A stretch of DNA of 64,000 nt from a virus, in IMG/VR virus record IMGVR_UViG_3300036806_000217, positions 1 through 64,000 of that record; one strand, given 5' to 3'. The notes beneath the pieces are model-generated. The model had not been told where the DNA came from. It did no database searches and saw nothing but the letters and a program-made list of their open reading frames with translations. The stretch's first letter is position 1, and every line of letters starts with the position of its first letter. The translations under genes were made by a program, and so were the position numbers. Shown piece after piece: positions 62,554 through 64,000 of the stretch.

Positions 62554-62944
62554 AGGCCTGTCCACCACCACGGTCTCCGGCCTGCTGAACGCCCTCAGGT
62601 CTACGGGTGCCGCATACGGGCCGCCCGCCGGGAACTACATCCAGCTGCACACCGCCAACCCCGGTGCGGCGGGCACCACGGCGATCAGCGTCGGCTCCAC
62701 GACCCGGCTCGCCGCCACACTCAACGCCTCCTCCGGCGGATCCGCACTGGCCCTGTCCAGCTCCGTCGGCCCGTGGACCAACGGCGGCACCACGGAGACC
62801 ATCACCGACATCTCCGTGTGGACCGCCAGCAGCGCCGGAACATTCCTGTGGTCGGTGGCGCTGACGGTCAGTCAGCCTTGGATCTCCGGCAACTCGTTCA
62901 CGCTGAATTCGCTTTCGGTGGCCCTAACCCCGCAGGCGGCGTGA
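62546..62944 (+). CDS. Virion structural protein (tail-fiber/minor-tail-like)
   Basis: YIQLHTANPGAAGT...ETITDISVWTASSAGTFLWS pattern of actinophage minor structural proteins. Confidence 0.75.
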   Translation: MAEGLSTTTVSGLLNALRSTGAAYGPPAGNYIQLHTANPGAAGTTAISVGSTTRLAATLNASSGGSALALSSSVGPWTNGGTTETITDISVWTASSAGTFLWSVALTVSQPWISGNSFTLNSLSVALTPQAA

Positions 62945-62960
62945 CCCCGCAGGCAGCGTG
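62927..62960 (+). repeat. 17-bp tandem duplication of the gene end
   Basis: ACCCCGCAGGCGGCGTG-ACCCCGCAGGCAGCGTG. Confidence 0.8.
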
Positions 62961-62981
62961 ACGCCCTGACGGGGAGGGCCC

Positions 62982-64000
62982 ATGGCGACCTTCACCGACA
63001 ACTTCAACAGGGCCGACGGCGCAGTCGGAGCCAACTGGGTCCAGGTCTCCGGCACCTGGACCGTCTCCTCCAACCAGCTCAGCTCGGGCACGACCGGCAC
63101 CGGCCTCGTTCTGCGCTGCGCCACCGCCATGTCCACCAACGACAACTCGGCGCAGATCACCATCGCGACGACGGCGGTCGCCAGCCACGGCGTCTGGTGC
63201 AGGGGCAATGCGGGCATCACGCAGGGCTACCTGTGGCGCAACGACGGCACATCGTGGGTGCTTTTCAGCGTCGTCGGCGGCTCGTTCACCAGTATCGGCA
63301 CCTACGCCGCAGCAGCCGCAAACGGCGACATTGCACTGATCACCGCCGTCGGCACCACGATCAAGGGCTACGTCAACGGCGTCGCCAGGGTCACCGTCAC
63401 CAGCACCACCGTCACGACCGGCCTCAACGTCGGCGTCCGCTCCGACGGCGTGTCCGCACTCCGCTTCGACGACTTCACCGGCGCCGACGTCACCTCCGGC
63501 ATCACCGGCGACGCGGCACAGGCCAGCACAGCAGCACTGACCGCCGCAGGTCTGCGGGCCGCAACCGGGAACACCGCACTGGCCGCCACCGCAGGGCTCA
63601 CCGCCGGCGCAGTCCTGGCCGGCAACGGCGCCGCAGCCCTGGCCCCTACTGCCGCACTGACGGCTGGTGGAATCCGGGCCGCGGCCGGGGACGCCAGCAT
63701 CGCCCCCACGGCCGGTCTCACAGCCAGCGGGGTGCTGGGTACCGCGGGCGACACCGCCCTGTCCTCCGCGGCGAGCCTGACCGCAGCCGGGGTACGGGCC
63801 GCAACGGGCGACGCGGCCGTGGCTGCTTCTGCGAGCCTGACTGCGGACGGCGTCCGGGCCGCGGCCGGAGCGGCCAGCCTCGCCGCATCGGCCACCGTGA
63901 CCGCCACCGGCACGCTCGGCGCCAACGCTTCTGCCAGCTCGGCAGTCACCGCCGGGCTGCCCGCTACCGGCCTGGTCGACCACCCCGGACAGGCGGCACT
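62982..64000 (+). CDS. Minor tail/fiber protein (3' truncated): beta-rich N-domain + 20-aa Ala/Thr repeats
   Basis: GGAGG RBS; MATFTDNFNRADG...FDDFTGAD, then repeats like TGDAAVAASASLTADGVRAA; frame open to the window end. Confidence 0.75.
   Translation, partial: MATFTDNFNRADGAVGANWVQVSGTWTVSSNQLSSGTTGTGLVLRCATAMSTNDNSAQITIATTAVASHGVWCRGNAGITQGYLWRNDGTSWVLFSVVGGSFTSIGTYAAAAANGDIALITAVGTTIKGYVNGVARVTVTSTTVTTGLNVGVRSDGVSALRFDDFTGADVTSGITGDAAQASTAALTAAGLRAATGNTALAATAGLTAGAVLAGNGAAALAPTAALTAGGIRAAAGDASIAPTAGLTASGVLGTAGDTALSSAASLTAAGVRAATGDAAVAASASLTADGVRAAAGAASLAASATVTATGTLGANASASSAVTAGLPATGLVDHPGQAA

Noticed and set aside
1-64000. tRNA, rRNA, IS transposase, reverse transcriptase/DGR
   Set aside because: No T-loop/cloverleaf, DDE transposase or YADD-type motif was recognised by eye. 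A tRNAscan and HMM search would be needed to exclude them fully.

Overview
A high-GC, Streptomycetaceae-type temperate phage or phage-like element fills the whole window, and no host housekeeping genes are visible. Order from the left: 3' end of a GH25-type endolysin; an accessory block (NsdA-like TPR regulator, NUDIX hydrolase, XRE HTH); a large serine recombinase; repressor/Cro switch 1 with palindromic operators. A long rightward early operon follows (RecE-like nuclease, RecT-like protein, antirepressor, PAPS-reductase-like protein, HU, vWA, WhiB, RuvC-like resolvase, SSB, DUF2303, DnaB-N/AAA_25 helicase with embedded repeats, SLOG, C5 methyltransferase). It converges on a leftward operon driven from a second repressor/Cro switch. 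That operon carries a BRO-N/truncated methyltransferase fusion, a NodC/hyaluronan-synthase-like GT2 coupled to a stand-alone LAXTG sorting-signal peptide, a HAD protein and an FxsA-leader-like peptide. Next comes a Streptomyces plasmid-type conjugation module (DUF2637, TraA-like, TraB-like FtsK ATPase, two membrane-anchored nucleases) whose leader has three hairpins with an identical loop, then a putative late-control region and the first virion genes. All family calls come from recognising motifs by eye, not from database searches. Start codons are best guesses from RBS and stop/start overlaps.
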